DNA of 48,392 nucleotides, taken from the NCBI GenBank assembly GCA_028820595.1, contig JAPPIP010000102.1, positions 1-48,392 of the forward strand, read 5' to 3'. A model generated the notes under the pieces. That model saw only the letters and a list, made by a program, of their open reading frames with translations. It was not told the origin of the DNA and did not search any database. Each line of letters starts with the position of its first letter. The stretch's first letter is position 1. This DNA comes from Nitrososphaerota archaeon. GTDB lineage: Archaea; Thermoproteota; Nitrososphaeria; Nitrososphaerales; Nitrosopumilaceae. Made by a program: the position numbers and the translations under genes. Positions 47,688 to 48,392 of this stretch are shown here, piece by piece.

Positions 47688-47718
47688 CGCCGTGTTGAGG
47701 CCGGTGTGCGTTTTTAAC

Positions 47719-48392
47719 CTAGCGTTGCCTTGTGCTGGCGCCCCCGCCAGTCACTTGCGCCCGCTCCCTTGCAATGCGCCCCGCGACCAGCATTACGGCG
47801 TGGGGATACACCACGTGCTCCTTTTCGAGTATCCTCCCTGAGAGGGATTCCTCGGTATCGTCGGGCCTTACCGGCACCGCATACTGTACTATGATCGGGC
47901 CCGTGTCGACCCCCTCGTCTGCATAATGGACGGTGCATCCGGACCACTTTGCATCGTCCTCCAGCGCCTGCCTCTGCGCGTGCAGCCCCGGATACATCGG
48001 CAGCAGGGACGGGTGTATGTTCAGGACGGTGTGCTCCCTGACAATCTCGGGGGGCACTATCCGCATAAAGCCGGCCATGCAGACTATGTCGGGTTTTAGC
48101 TGCCGCAGCCTGGTGGCCAGCTCGCCCATGTCGGATATGGCGCTGCACTCTATCCCGTGCCGCCGGGCCGTCTCCATGCCGGGAGCGTCGGCCACGTTTG
48201 ATATGACGTGTCTTACGCTGACGTTGGGTATGCGGCCCGCCTGCACGGCCCGTATTATCGCCTCCATGTTGCTTCCCCTGCCGGATATGAGGATCACCAC
48301 GCTGAGCGTGGTGCGCGTCGTAGATGCCGGCGATGATGATGCCGGCGATGATGATGCCGGCGATGATGATGCCGGCGATGATGATGCCGGCG
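47719..48392 (-). CDS. purN: phosphoribosylglycinamide formyltransferase (5' end open at the window edge)
   Basis: ISGRGSN, AGFMRI, NIHPSLLP..PG, GCTVH..D.GVDTGPII; the frame stays open to the window end. Confidence 0.93.
   Translation of the reverse strand, partial: PASSSPASSSPASSSPASSSPASTTRTTLSVVILISGRGSNMEAIIRAVQAGRIPNVSVRHVISNVADAPGMETARRHGIECSAISDMGELATRLRQLKPDIVCMAGFMRIVPPEIVREHTVLNIHPSLLPMYPGLHAQRQALEDDAKWSGCTVHYADEGVDTGPIIVQYAVPVRPDDTEESLSGRILEKEHVVYPHAVMLVAGRIARERAQVTGGGASTRQR
48323..48392 (+). repeat. 15-bp tandem repeat GATGCCGGCGATGAT (at least 4.7 copies, truncated by the window)
   Basis: Perfect units start at 48323, 48338, 48353 and 48368, with a partial unit at 48383. Confidence 0.95.

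Noticed and set aside
1..48392. Numerous long antisense and alternate-frame ORFs in the track
   Set aside because: Shadow ORFs typical of high GC3 coding DNA; Arg/Pro/Ser-rich with no family motifs

Overview
High-GC archaeal chromosomal window whose gene set points to an ammonia-oxidising thaumarchaeote (Nitrosopumilaceae-like): PolD, Cdc6/Orc1, TFB, GGGP synthase, a CFI-box-CTERM protein and an S-layer-like paralogue. It spans the probable replication origin, with ORB repeats at 17.3-17.8 kb upstream of cdc6, flanked by both PolD subunits. Most of the window is housekeeping. Three things stand out. (1) An island of about 9 kb sits between folE and queC and carries a tightly coupled operon: orf99 - hsdM - HEPN RNase - [MNT::HsdS fusion] - TIR - membrane effector - hsdR. 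This is a type I R-M system with two candidate abortive-infection modules built into it, followed by an orphan MTase. (2) Next to the origin is a cluster of four DNA-binding genes, including a membrane-anchored winged-helix protein. That gene and its neighbour are covered by RTCAC motifs, suggesting an origin-tethering or segregation system. (3) A candidate structured ncRNA of about 130 nt lies near the left end. A divergent CdvB/ESCRT-III-like gene and a palindromic operator between hsp20 and an ACT-domain regulator are also noted. All family assignments come from motif recognition by eye, not from database searches.
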